A model generated the notes under the pieces. The model made no database searches. It saw only the letters and a program-made list of their open reading frames with translations, and had not been told where the DNA came from. A program made the translations under genes and the position numbers. 64,000 nt of DNA from Callorhinchus milii (taxonomy: Eukaryota): positions 66,218,001 through 66,282,000 of the forward strand of contig NW_024704742.1 in assembly GCF_018977255.1 (NCBI RefSeq), in the 5' to 3' direction. Positions 41,601-53,004 of this stretch are shown here, in pieces. Position 1 is the first letter of the stretch, and each line of letters starts with the position of its first letter.

Positions 41601-44600
41601 CACAGCTGCTATACATCAATACACTGAGTACTTCAACACACTTAAATTATTGTGAGATCTTTTAAAAAGCCTACTTTGATCAGCAGGCTTGAATTCTTCA
41701 TCTTCCCCAATTGATTGAAGTGTAGCAAATGAGTCCCTTGCAGCAAAGTCAACATTAAGCATATGCACAGCTTCAGTTTCAATCTTTGCTGACTGTCGGA
41801 TTTGAACTTCAGTAGTTGCACTGTCAGAATTAAATAGCTGCTCCTCCTTATCAGTGGCATCTCTGGTAGACAGGCCATTTACATCAGATGATGGTACAGA
41901 ATCCTGCAATGAAGAAATCCAAGGAAATAATCTTTTGCAAAATCATTTAACAATTTTCATCAAGTTGCCAGCAGCACATTGGGAGGACACCCAAGGGGTT
42001 GAAATTTGAATTATAAAACGCAAACGCATTCATAGCAAAATGAACAAATCCTGAACCTAGTTTTCTGCAAGTTATTTTAAGAACTACAAAAAAACTGAAC
42101 TTAGTTAAGACTTTATTTGTAACATTCTAAATACAGTACTGTAAAAATAGCAAATTTAGACCAGGTGAAATTTCTCCCCAACCCCTGCTTGAAGTTTTAT
42201 TTTCAGAGCACTAAAATCCACCATCGGTCCTAATCCACTGAACCTTCTCTGGAAGGTGTTCATCTACAAGACTAGTGAACTGTGCTGAAGCAGGACCCAC
42301 AAAAACATACTTAATACTCATGTTATGTATTAAACACTTGAACCACCATTCATGGCCAAATCAAACTATCCATATTTTACACCTCATTTTACAAGATGAG
42401 GAAGATCTAAAAGCAGGAGATCCATACAGCTACCACAGTAAACATTCAAAGCAGCACAAACATTAACTTTTTTGTAGTTTTGAAAGATTTAAACAGTATA
42501 CACATTCGTTTTCAAAAAGTAGAGCTCAGGAAATAGTAATTACTACTTGCCTGTGAGGTCGATACAGGAGCTGCTATCACCTCCATTATTGGGAGTACTT
42601 CACAAGTGGTCCTGTCAATATTAAGAGACCAGTTCAGTTAATTGAAACTTCCAAGTTAAAACTTCAAATTAAAGATCGAAGGTTTAACAGCACATTATGC
42701 AACATTCATTGGGCGTATGACTTGTTTTCTGTCAGCATCTGCTAATTCAAAGGTGGAAAGGCCAAAAGCATCAGGCCTGATGTAGTTTAATCTATAATAA
42801 TAAGTGCTAGCAGCACCAAAAAAATGTAATGATAATCCTTGCATTTGATATAGCACCTTACCCCATGTCAAGCATACTGTAAAGTGTAGTGACTATTTGT
42901 AGGTGAACACAGCAGTCAATTTGCACACAGCAATACCCCAGAATTAAATGATCATTGTTATCTGGAAGATCGTTAGACAAGACCCTAGGAGAATTTGCTT
43001 CTCTTTTCAAACAGTGCTTTGGGATTTTTAATGTCTGCTTCAACTGGCTGATGGACCAAAAAACATTTTGAGGGCATCTGTGAAGCTTAAAATTTCTGAA
43101 TTTACATGAAGTTGATCTACTTACGATTCCACAGGTTGGTTTGGAGCACTGACAGGAAGCTCTCCAGTATTTTGTAGCGCATCACAGTGCGGTAACTCTG
43201 GTACATTGTCCTTCATAATAGACCTGTAATTTTCCAAATCTTCAAGTAACTTTGTTTCAGAGTGAACCACTGGAGAATTAGCAATTTTGGAACCTCCACC
43301 AAAAGGATTAAAATTAACATCATCAAAATTGTCCTGTACAACAGCATAATCCATCTTTGGGGGTGGAATATTATCCTGATCAATTTTCTCATCAAGCATG
43401 ACAGGTTTCTTTGTTTCTAATGGTTTCTTTGCACTTTTCTCCTGGGCTTCAACTCGCTTTTTAAGTAAAGACTTGTGCCCAGCTTTTACTCCCAGTTTTT
43501 TAGGGGGAGGCTTCTTCTGAACTCCACTGTTGTCATTAAATTCAAACTCCAACTTCACCTGTACCTCAGGGGCAGCACTAGTGCCTTCCACCTTCTCTGT
43601 CATGTGAACTGACGGGTTTGGTGCAGAGAAGGGTGAATTCTGCAGTTTTGATCCTCCAGTTTTGAATGGGTTAATGGAATCAATATCATCAAAATCAAAC
43701 TCGTATGAGGCTTTCGGGGGAAGCGGTGAATTCTGCACATTTGTCTTACTTGCAAAGGGATCACTATTCTCAAGGAGATCCTCAAAGTTCTTGCCTTCAA
43801 CATCTGTCTCAGGAACATCTGTCTTGGCAGGCACATTTGTTGTCGCATCTAACTGATGATCATCATTGCTGTCACTAGCATTGGCTTGCTCAGTTTTCTT
43901 TGGCAATACTTGATCACTTAATTCTGAAACGGGAATGGTGTCATCCAGAAAGCCAGGCTCAGATGATTGCTTCTGAAATCCAGATTTTGTTTCATTGAGT
44001 TCTATGGATGGAGAGTTGAAGACTTTCGAAGTGCCCTGAAATGGGTTCATTGTGTCAAGCAGGTCAAAGTCAAACGTGTAAGATCCTGATGATGAAACGT
44101 TCTCTTCATTGCCAAGTCCTATGTGACTGGTAGATGTACTCTGGTTGGCCTCTGATGATTGCAGATCTTTGCAAATGTGCAAATTTTAACAAATTGGTCA
44201 TAAATCCACATATAAATTAATTTCTCATTTAAAAACCTGTTACTTTGCTTAAATTTTGAATATTACAAGTCAATTAATCACAATCTGAACATGATTCTCT
44301 ATAAAGGAAACAATAATCAGAATTCTCATCCTCAGTTTTACTTTAGGAAGAGGTGAATAGTACATTCGCATTTTCAACAGCACACAAAATGTACTAGCCC
44401 ACTTAATGCAAAGCATTGTAGAGGAAAACACCTGATTTATACTTTAGGCATCATCACATAAACAACACATTACGTTTGTATAGCGACTTTCACGTCGGGA
44501 GGGCATCCCAAGGCGCATTTCAGACCCGAGCTGGGGTCGGGGGGGGTTGGGGTGTAGAGAAGGGAGGGGAGGTGGCCGATGGAATGGTCGAAGAGGAGGA

Positions 44601-47600
44601 TCTTGAGGCGGGACATAAGTACCTGACTAACACAAAATACAGTCCCTTAAAAAAAATTAAGACAATACAGTACACCACAGCTAGGCTCTTTGTGTAATAA
44701 TGCTGCCACCAAAATACATGTGCAACCTAACATGTTTAAAACTAAATGATCTCTTTAACCCATCTTAATAAGCATTTTGTAAATGACCAAAACACAGCAG
44801 TAAAAGTGTAGACTCACAACATCTAGTGTGTAATTTACACATATTATCTAGTGAAGTTATGGTTACATTTGATAAGAATAACAAAAGTTGAATAGTTATC
44901 GGAAATAACTAATTTGCACTACGGAGTTTTGCGAGGTTAGGTTCTATAAACCTTGGTTATATAATTACCTGGTTTCTGTGGTTGTTCCAACCCAAAGCAA
45001 TCTAGTGCCTCAGAAGCGACTCCAAAATCTTGATTCCTACAAGTAGATTCACAAAGTCAAACATTTAATTTACCAACATTATAATTTCCAAACAAAACAA
45101 ATGGTATCCTAAATGGTCATTTGAATACATTAACCTCCACATGCTCATTATAATACAGACTGATTTGACAGACCCAAGTTACTGTATTATAACAGTCTGT
45201 ATAGATTATGAAAAAAAAAAAAATTTCTATTCAAGTATCGATAATTTTGCGGAACATAATTCAACTCCTAAAATGAATGGTATCAATTTAATTTTTTACT
45301 CGAGATGAGTGGTTTTTGCTTCCTGCATTATATAATGAACAGGTTAGGAGTCATTCAGATCAGCATTCATACCAAGATTTGATGAGATAAGAGTTCAAGA
45401 TTCTGTAGTTGCATAGTACAATGTTTTCTCCTGTACTGATAGTTTAAGATTTGATAATCAACACCAAAAGCTTTAGAAAATCTTTGTATGGATACGTTTG
45501 TAGAGCTTGCATTTAGCTCTCCTGTTGAATAGTTGAAATGGGGAAAATTGAACTTACTACGCAACATTTTAGTGTGGTAAACAATCTGTGGGACATTGTT
45601 GTGTGTAAATTCCCCACCAGGCTCCGTGACCCTATCACCCTCATCCTTGTCCGACTCCACTGGCTTCCCATCAGAGGATACAGTTCAAGATCCTGGTCCT
45701 CACCTTCAACAACAACAAGATTTCATTTATAGAGCGCCTTTCACGTCGGGAGGACGTCCCAAGGCGCTGGACAGTTGGGTCAGGACCCGAGCAGGGGGGA
45801 AATGGTCAGAGTGAGGGGAGGGAAGGAGCGAGGAGGGGGTAGAGAGTCAAGAGGAGAGCTGAAGGCACGGTCAAAGAGAAAGGTCTCGAGACCGGCCTTG
45901 AAGAAGGAAAGGGAGGAGGTAAGGCGAAGGCACTGGGGGATGGAGTTCCAGAGCCTCGGGGCTGAGAGGCTGAAGGCCCGGCCACCGATGGTAGGGCGGT
46001 TAGGGCGGGGGATGTGGAGCAGACCGGAGCCAGAGGAACAGAGGGTACGGGCAGGTAAGTAGAGGGATAGTAAGTCGGAGAGGTAGGAGGGAGCGAGGCC
46101 TTGAATGGCCTTGTAAGTGAGGATGAGGATCTTGAATTCGATCCTCTGGGGGATGGGGAGCCAGTGAAGGCGAGCGAGTGCGAGGGTGGGAGTGATGTGG
46201 TCGCAAAGCCCTCCATAGTCTTGCTCCCTAACCCCCTACCAGCTCCCTCCACTCAGCAGGCTCCAGCCTGCTTCACGCCCCCCACCTTGCCCACCCCACC
46301 TTTGGCAGGTGGGCATTCTGCCACTCTGCCCCCACCCTCTGGAACTCCATCCCGCACCTCCTCCGCCTCGCCCCCTCCTTTGCCTCCTTGGATTTATACA
46401 GTGCCCTCCACGCCAGACGGCGTCTCAGAGCACTTTAAAGTTTAGGATCCTGGGACTAAGCCGGGGGGAGGGATGGGAAGGTGAGCAAAGGCTCAGTCGA
46501 AAAGAAAGGTCTTCAGCAGAGACTTGAAAATGGGAAGGGAGGGAGCGAGACGAAGGGAGTGAGGAAGGCAGTTCCAGAGCCTCGGGGCAGAGTGGCTGAA
46601 GGCACGGCTGCTGAGGGTGGAACGGAGGACTCAGGGGACAAGGAGGAGGCCAGACCCAGAGGAATGAAGGCAATGGGTACTGTTTTGGGAGGAGAGGTCA
46701 GAGAGGTATGGGGGTACAGAGGAGTGCAGGGACTTGAATACAAGGGTGAGAATCTTGAAATCGATCCTCTCTGAGATAGGCAGCCAGTGTAGTCTGGCAA
46801 GGACTGGGGTGATCGGGGAGCGGAGTTTCGTGCAGGTGAGAAAACAGGCAGCGGAGTTCTGAATGAGTTAGATATTATGGACGGTAGTGGATAGGAGACA
46901 GGCGAGGAGGGCGTTGTAGACCAGCCGAGAGTTGACAAAGGCATGGACCAGAGTTTCAGCGGCTTTTGGGGAGAGGTATTGGCGGAGACGGGCAATGCGT
47001 CGGAGGCGGTGCTGGTGAGGGACCGGATGTGGGGGAGGAAGGATAATTGGGAGTCGAAACTGACGTCTAGGTTGTATACGGGTTTGGAGAGTTTTAGGGG
47101 GAGGTCGGGTAGGTGGAGGAGGTGAGAACCGTGAGATTTTTATGACTTTGACGAGAGCCGAAGAGTATGGCTTCCCTCTTGTCAGCATTCAGCTGAAGGA
47201 AGTTTGCGCTCATCCAACTCCTGAGGTCTGACAGGCAGGCTGACAGAACATCAGGGGACTGGGGGTCGCAAAGAGAGGTGGAAAAGTAGAGTTGGGTGTC
47301 GTCTGCATACATGTGGAAATGTACCGCATGTCTGCGGATGACATCCCCAAGAGGGAGCATGTAGATCAGAAAGAGGGGGCCATGAATGGATCCTTGGGGT
47401 ACCCCACAGGTGACCAGGAGAAGCCGTTTATGCAGATGTACTGCTGGCGGTTTGTAGGACTCAAACCAGGCGAGTGCGGTCCCACTGAGGTGAATGACGG
47501 AGGAAAGGCGGTGGAGGAGCATAGCGTGATCAACTGTGTCGAACGCAGCAGAGAGGTCCAGGAGGACAAGGAGGCAGAGGGGGCTCTGGTCACATACAGA

Positions 47601-50600
47601 GAGGATGTTGTTTGTGACTTTCACAAGCGCAGTCTCTGTACTGTGAGCAGGGCGGAAAGTGGACTGGAGGGGTTCAAAGAGGGAGAAGGTGTGCGCGAAA
47701 TTGGTTTGCAACAACGCGTTCTGGAACTTTTGAGAGGAAGGGCAGGTTAGAAATAGGGTGGTAATGGCTGGGGTTTGAGAAATCTAGGGAAGGTTTTTTC
47801 AGGAGGGGAATGATGACAGCAGTTTTGAGGGAGGCAGGGACTGATCCGGAGGAGGGACTGGTTGATTATGTCAGCCAGTAGTGGGCAGAGGAGGGGGAGC
47901 TGGGAGCAGTGTGACCAGTAAGTTGGTGGGGAGGGGGTCGAGGCAGCAGGTGGTGGGTTTCATGGAGGTGATGGTGAGTGAGAGGGAGAGATGGGGAGGA
48001 AAATGTAGAAAGGGGGTGGTGGTAGGAGCAGATAATGAGGAAGGTGAGGAGGGCAGAGAGGGAGTGGTGGGTGACAAGGGGCAGGTGGATGAGGCTGCCT
48101 GGCAGATGTTCAGTATTTTAGTTGAAAAGAAGTCCAAAACCTCCTCGCACTTGGCATTTGATACGAAGATAGAGGAGGCCTGAGTGGGGGAACAGAGGAG
48201 GTAGTGGAAAAAAGGATTTTGGGGTTGCATTTAGCCTCCAAGATGATGTTGGAGTAGAAGGCCGTTTTTGCGCGTGTCAAAGAACAGCGGTAGCTGTGGA
48301 GATGCTCGAGCCACAGTTGGCAGTGAACTGTCAGGCCAGTTTTCCGCCATCTGCGCTCGAGCAGACGGGTTTGGGTTTTTTGGCGGCCGAGATGGTTATT
48401 GTACCGGGGGGGATCAGGTGGGTTTGGAGATGGTCCTGGATTTTAGGGGGACGAGGGAGTTGAAAGTGGAGGAGAGGCGATCATGGAGCAGCTGGACGGC
48501 TGCTTCAGGATCTCCACGGGTGGAAGGCCAGACGGATAGGATGTTTGAAGATGAAAGGGCCTTTGTGAGCGTCTCAGGGGGTAGCCCATTCCAAGGGCGG
48601 TAGAGAATGGTTGACGGCTTGTGAGATGTTGAGGGATGTGAGAGGAGAAGGAGATGAAAAAGTGGTACAAGATGGCCTTGTCCACTATGCTGAGGTCGGA
48701 AATGTCAAGGCCGTGGGTGATGAGGTCAAGTGCATGACCACAGTTGTGGGCGAGTTTATATGGAGGTATCTCAAGACCCTCCCCTTCGACCGTGCTTTCA
48801 ATCACCCTGCTTCCCCCACTGCCCTCAATCCCAACCCCCAGCTCGGGTCCGAAACACTGACTGTCCAGTGCCTTGGGACATCATCCTGACGTGAAAGGCA
48901 CTATATAAATGTAATATTGTTGTTGTTGAACCTGCTTGCCTTTTTTTTTATTATTCGCACACACAAAGCTCAAATGCCAAAACAAACTTATATTTACTCT
49001 TCCTTCCACATTTTTTTAAAATTAAAAACAGTACCCCACTGGCTTTACAAGTGTCAATCCATTGCCCTCACCCCTTTTTCTCAGCTTCATTTCCCATTTT
49101 TCCTTGAATCTCTGCAGTATCCTCTAATGCAGCAATTTCTTCCCAGTTGTTATCCATATGTGTTCCGAGTACTTTGCGTGTAACAGGGTCTCTAACAGGG
49201 GTTTGGAACGAAACCTGCAAAAAAAAATGTTTTAGGTCAATAATTGAATATATTGTGAAGTGTTTGCAATATTCAGTAACTGACATCGCCAGGATACAAA
49301 GAAATAAGCACGATTTGCAGTAACCGTAGTTTGACAAATTGGTGCCCATTAAGACACAACTGAACCACTAAATCTAAGAAGCCTTAGAATGTCTGAAGAA
49401 TTGTTTCCTCATTTTGCAACACAACAATTTACATTAGTATAACGTGTTTCATGGCGGGAGGATGTCCCAAGGCCCTGGATAGTCAGGGATTTGGAGCCAA
49501 GCAGAGAGTTGGGATCAGGAAGGGTGGAAGCCAGGAAGGTTAGGGGTAGGCAGGTGACTGAAGGTACAGTTAAAGAAGAGGATCTTGAGACAAGAGAGAG
49601 TGAGACTAGTTCTAAGCGCCCAGGGTGTGGAGGTGCTGACAAGAGCTAACCAGAGGGCCTCAGTTGACATTCGTAGAAGGAGTAGCAGGAAAAGGAGAGA
49701 AGCAAAAACTCTTGATATCAGTCCTGATACTAGGACTAATATCAAGTTTAAAGAAAATAACCCAACACAAACAGTAATCAAACTGCAGAGATTATGCTGG
49801 AACACCATGAGCACAATAGCAATTAGTTCAGTTCTCAGATATGTACAACCCTCCTATGTGCTCCCAGATGCCTCCTCTGCCCTCTCCCCAGCAGTAACTT
49901 TAAGACATGCAGTGAGTAGCACATCCAAAAAGAGGTAAGCAAGACTGTTGCCTGTCTACAGTACATGAAAGAATGCATAAACTAGGAGTCATTTTTTCTT
50001 ACTGTGTATCTCATTTACTTACTAAGGAGCCCAGTGCCACAAAACTCAACTGAAATTTTCAGTGAGGCAAACTTAACAAAACAGAGGATACAAAAGAGGC
50101 AGCTGCCTGTAATAAAGTTAATTGAATATGATAGAATGGGTCAGATACAAGGAGAAGGGGGATTAAAGTGGTTCAGATACAAGGAGGGGGGAATAAAGTT
50201 TGAAAAAAACAATACAAAGTTTGAAACCTTAAAGCATAATTGTGCCACCCTGGGGTCATTTCACACTTAAATTAACTTTAGCTGCTCAAATACATTAGAA
50301 TCAAAACCTAAAGTTCCAAGGTGCATGGTTAGTTGCTAACCGAATAGCTTAAAAATGTAATTAGTGGGTTGAGAACTAGATTTAAGTTTTGGCCTGGATA
50401 CTAAGCCTGGAAAAGAAACATGTGCAGTTTTAGTCGAAAAAAAAGGTACTACAGATAACATATCATGCATAAGTTGTATCAGTCAGGACCATAAAATTAA
50501 TACAATTTACGTAAAGTATGAGTTAATACAAACTTGCATATACAATGTAACAACAACTTATTTACATAGCACCCTTCACACTGGATGGCGTCTCGGAGCT

Positions 50601-52351
50601 CTTAAATGTATGCAAAATTATGCATAAATTGGATCTTATACGACTAACACAACAAATACAAGTACATACAAAGTACCGGAAGTGTTGATTCTTTCAAATA
50701 GAGATTAGAGTTTTCTTTTAGGAGATAGCATTATGGGATATAGTACGTAGGTAGTCTGGGACATATGTGCATGCAACCTCCAGGAAGGTGAAAGGCGAAC
50801 TAGATGGACCTTTTTTCCATCTAGCATTTCCTATGTTCTTATTAGTCTTCGTTACCAACTTGCATTTTCTGTGCTCGTTTCCAGAGTACATTGTAGTGTA
50901 CTGCGTACTTCATCATTGTAGCCGGTATGTGTGCATGCAGCGACTGGTCACGACTTTGTTTCCTGTAGTTATTTCAAATGGAATACTGCACATGCATACT
51001 TCATGGCAGCTGGTAAATGTAGTAAGGGGCTCTGTCCTTTCTCCCTCACATCCGCACCACAACTGGCACCGCCTTCCATCACCTCCGGAACATCGCCAGA
51101 CTACGGCATTACCTCACCCCTCACGCTGCTGAAACCCTGGTTCACGCCTTTGTCACCTCAAGGCTGGACTATGGGAACTCTCTCCTCGCCGGCCTTCCCG
51201 CCACCTCCCTCCACACTGCAGGTCATTCAGAACTCTGCAGCTCGTGTACTGTCCCGCACCAGACTTCGGGACCACATCACTCCCACCCTCGCTCGCCTCC
51301 ACTGGCTCCCCATCCCCCAGAGGATTGATTTCAAGATCCTCATCCTCACCTACAAGGCCATTCACGGCCTCGCTCCCTCCTACCTCTCCAACCTACTATC
51401 CCCCTACCTACCTGCCCATACCCTCCGTTCCTCTGGCTCCGGTCTGCTCCACGTCCCCCGCCCCAACCGCCCTACCATCGGTGGCCGGGCCTTCAGCCTC
51501 CCAGCCCCCAGGCTCTGGAACTCCATCCCCCAGTGCCTTCGCCGCCTCCTCCCTTTCCTCCTTCAAGGCCGGTCTCAAAACCTTTCTCTTTGACCGTGCC
51601 TTCAGCTCCCCTCTCGACTCTCTTCCCCCTCCTCGCTCCCTCCCTTCCCTCCCCTCACCCTGACCATTTCCCCCTTCCTCGCTCCCTCCCTTCCCTCCCC
51701 TCCCCTGACCATTTCCCCCTTCCTCGCTCCCTCCCTTCCCTCCCCTCAACCTGACCATTTCCCCCCTGCTCGGGTCATGACCCAACTGTGCAGCGCCTTG
51801 GGACGTCCTCCTGACGTGAAAGGCGCTTTATAAATGGAATCTTGTTGTTGCTGTTGTACAAATTGGGAGATGACTTGGATTTAGGATTATTTGGGCACTA
51901 AAAAAATACTTTACGATTTAGCCATTTATCCCAACAGAAAATACAACTAGTGCAAAGAAATCTAAGCTTCTTTTTGAAGGAAACTGAATGGAACGCAAGT
52001 GCATGTAGAAATTGTGCATTTGCACAATTTATAAAGAGACAACTTGTGCTTGTTTTACTGTACAAAAATGCCCAAAGCCATCAAAAGAATGGAATATACC
52101 ACAGAATACATTGACCCATCCATTAACATGGAATACAAGATTAAAGAGACAGTTAGAGACTACAACTGGAAAAAAGGCAAATGGTCTACCTTTGATAATT
52201 TCATTGCATTCTTTGGAGGCAAGTTTTCTTTCTGTGACACTCGAAGGATTGACTGTCTTCCCGTAGGCTCCATCACCACAAATGGATCACATTGTTCATC
52301 GCCTGCGCCATTACAATCCAAGATATTGTTTTCAATGAAATGCAGACTCAT
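29536..52351 (-). CDS. TACC3: Transforming acidic coiled-coil protein 3, full spliced CDS (16 coding exons, 910 aa)
   Basis: join(complement): 52190-52351, 49072-49214, 44969-45036, 43125-44166, 42551-42611, 41675-41903, 40278-40336, 39638-39768, 39098-39206, 36230-36382, 34647-34723, 34199-34242, 33155-33315, 31909-32015, 30390-30510, 29536-29601. All phases are compatible; total 2733 nt. N-terminal [28 protein letters not shown], central [15 protein letters not shown] and C-terminal TACC coiled coil ending [12 protein letters not shown]. Adjacent to TMEM129. Confidence 0.95.
30390..30510 (-). CDS. TACC3: TACC3 TACC-domain exon ([40 protein letters not shown])
   Basis: 121 nt, AAG| acceptor, AAG|GTGAG donor. 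Confidence 0.95.
31430..31878 (+). repeat. Unclassified interspersed repeat (about 10 copies in window)
   Basis: Shared ..aaagccctaatgg..agctggttagactccagcag..ggatgcatccctccagggagagagt..catgtgtcagacac; copies also at ~395-800, 3290-4420, 9990-10700(-), 21920-22220(-), 27790-28015, 34960-35200, 52560-52985(-), 63220-63630. Confidence 0.8.
31909..32015 (-). CDS. TACC3: TACC3 TACC-domain exon ([34 protein letters not shown])
   Basis: 107 nt, highly conserved TACC sequence, canonical sites. Confidence 0.96.
33155..33315 (-). CDS. TACC3: TACC3 TACC-domain exon (DSEKK...[28 protein letters not shown])
   Basis: 161 nt, canonical sites, conserved TACC domain sequence. Confidence 0.95.
33621..33977 (+). 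mobile_element. Young tRNA SINE copy
   Basis: Head, central box and tail present. Confidence 0.85.
34199..34242 (-). CDS. TACC3: TACC3 TACC-domain exon ([14 protein letters not shown])
   Basis: 44 nt, TTGCAG| acceptor and G|GTGAG donor. Confidence 0.92.
34647..34723 (-). CDS. TACC3: TACC3 TACC-domain exon ([25 protein letters not shown])
   Basis: 77 nt, canonical splice sites, coiled-coil sequence. Confidence 0.92.
36230..36382 (-). CDS. TACC3: TACC3 exon (NTSTL...[22 protein letters not shown]), start of TACC domain
   Basis: YSQKDMDAA motif, TTTTAG| acceptor and GAG|GTAAAG donor, 153 nt. Confidence 0.93.
36412..36717 (-). mobile_element. Young tRNA SINE copy in a TACC3 intron
   Basis: Reverse complement of the same consensus. 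Confidence 0.85.
36834..36951 (+). pseudogene. LSM14A: LSM14A (RAP55A)-like fragment covering the FFD box, frameshifted
   Basis: Reads [12 protein letters not shown] / [27 protein letters not shown] across one frameshift, matching the LSM14A FFD-box region; no flanking coding context. Confidence 0.8.
38050..38215 (-). mobile_element. CR1 endonuclease-domain fragment
   Basis: [36 protein letters not shown]. Confidence 0.8.
39098..39206 (-). CDS. TACC3: TACC3 exon ([15 protein letters not shown]...LDLFTMT)
   Basis: CCCACAG| acceptor (phase 2), |GTAAGT donor (phase 0), 109 nt. Confidence 0.85.
39638..39768 (-). CDS. TACC3: TACC3 exon with Aurora-A/clathrin-binding motif ([23 protein letters not shown])
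   Basis: Diagnostic TACC motif, TTTCAG| acceptor and TG|GTAATG donor, 131 nt. Confidence 0.95.
40278..40336 (-). CDS. TACC3: TACC3 exon ([19 protein letters not shown])
   Basis: Conserved DYLEQFG motif, TTCCAG| acceptor and |GTGAGT donor, 59 nt. Confidence 0.93.
41675..41903 (-). CDS. TACC3: TACC3 exon (DSVPSSD...[10 protein letters not shown])
   Basis: TTGCAG| acceptor, A|GTAGGC donor, 229 nt, within ORF 41616-41909. Confidence 0.88.
42551..42611 (-). CDS. TACC3: TACC3 61-nt exon with GC donor ([20 protein letters not shown])
   Basis: GACAG| acceptor, CAG|GCAAGT donor, bridges phase 2 to phase 0. Confidence 0.78.
43125..44166 (-). CDS. TACC3: TACC3 large exon with SDP-type repeats
   Basis: 353-aa ORF 43121-44182 with repeated SYxFDFD..NPF..SK..NSP motifs. 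Donor TC|GTAAGT. Acceptor AAG| at 44167 (an in-phase CAG slightly downstream is an alternative). Confidence 0.9.
44969..45036 (-). CDS. TACC3: TACC3 small coding exon 3 ([22 protein letters not shown])
   Basis: TTGTAG| acceptor, CAG|GTAATT donor, 68 nt open, bridges phase 2 to phase 1 exactly as needed. Confidence 0.75.
45707..46203 (-). mobile_element. 5'-truncated young L2 copy nested in an older opposite-strand L2 fragment
   Basis: [24 protein letters not shown] C-terminus, L2 3'UTR and (TTG)n tail; host L2 sequence resumes at ~46204. Confidence 0.85.
46425..48770 (-). mobile_element. Degraded L2-clade LINE with reverse transcriptase domain
   Basis: ORF 47094-47714: [43 protein letters not shown]; endonuclease-end remnant (GHALDLI) near 48730; frameshifted. 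Confidence 0.9.
49072..49214 (-). CDS. TACC3: TACC3 coding exon 2 ([17 protein letters not shown]...)
   Basis: TTTTGCAG| acceptor, GG|GTGAG donor, 143 nt, conserved FQTPxRDP motif. Confidence 0.93.
51122..51856 (+). mobile_element. L2 3' fragment with internal ~46-bp tandem repeat in the 3'UTR
   Basis: [42 protein letters not shown]; tail gtgaaaggcgctttataaat...(TTG)n. Confidence 0.9.
52190..52351 (-). CDS. TACC3: TACC3 coding exon 1 (MSLHFIENN...[16 protein letters not shown])
   Basis: Acceptor TAG|A-ATG, donor AAG|GTAGAC, 162 nt, KEN box and conserved TACC3 N-terminus. Confidence 0.95.
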
Positions 52352-53004
52352 TCTAGCAAAGGAATAGCACAAGCACAAGGGAGATAAGTCAGATTACTAA
52401 AAGCTGTTTTTTCAGATAAGGGTGCCTGCTTTTAAACCACTAATATAACATACATATTAAACACTAAAGTCAGGTGAGATTTACCTGAACAATACTATTG
52501 AAATCCCACCAACTTCAATTTTATAGAAAACTGTTATGTATTTCACAGATCGTTGCTGGGTGTCTGCTACCATCATTATGCTTACAAGTATTCCATTCAA
52601 GTGGTCCATCCAAGCCACCTAGACATAGAAATTCTCATGTCTGGTATTATCCTGGAGGAAAGCACCCTCCTTACTTAATTGTGGAGAGTATTAAGCACAA
52701 ATTGGCAAGAGCTGAGGTTTGACTACCCCAGAGTGTGCGTTGGAGTACCACTGGAATTTAACCAGCTAAGACCACATAGCTTGCCATTAAAAATACTGGC
52801 TGGTGAAGCTTCTTGAGCTCAGACCACCCTATCCATTAGGGCTTTGGCAGACAGGTTGTACAACAATTGAGTGGGAAAAATCCCTGTCCCTATGACCAAT
52901 CTGTCACACCAAGTTCAGCTGATGAGCCAGGCTGGCTGTGTTGTCATCAGCAATGCCCTGGAAGACTGCAGACCACACTGACTCAGGAACCAGTCTACCG
53001 AGAC

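Noticed and set aside
45373..45521. Candidate TACC3 exon within ORF 45367-45660
   Set aside because: Open frame is phase 1 to 0, incompatible with its neighbours; the 44969-45036 exon fits instead.
51600..51765. Spaced direct repeats resembling an array
   Set aside because: Simple tandem slippage in an L2 3'UTR with no unique spacers; not CRISPR-like.
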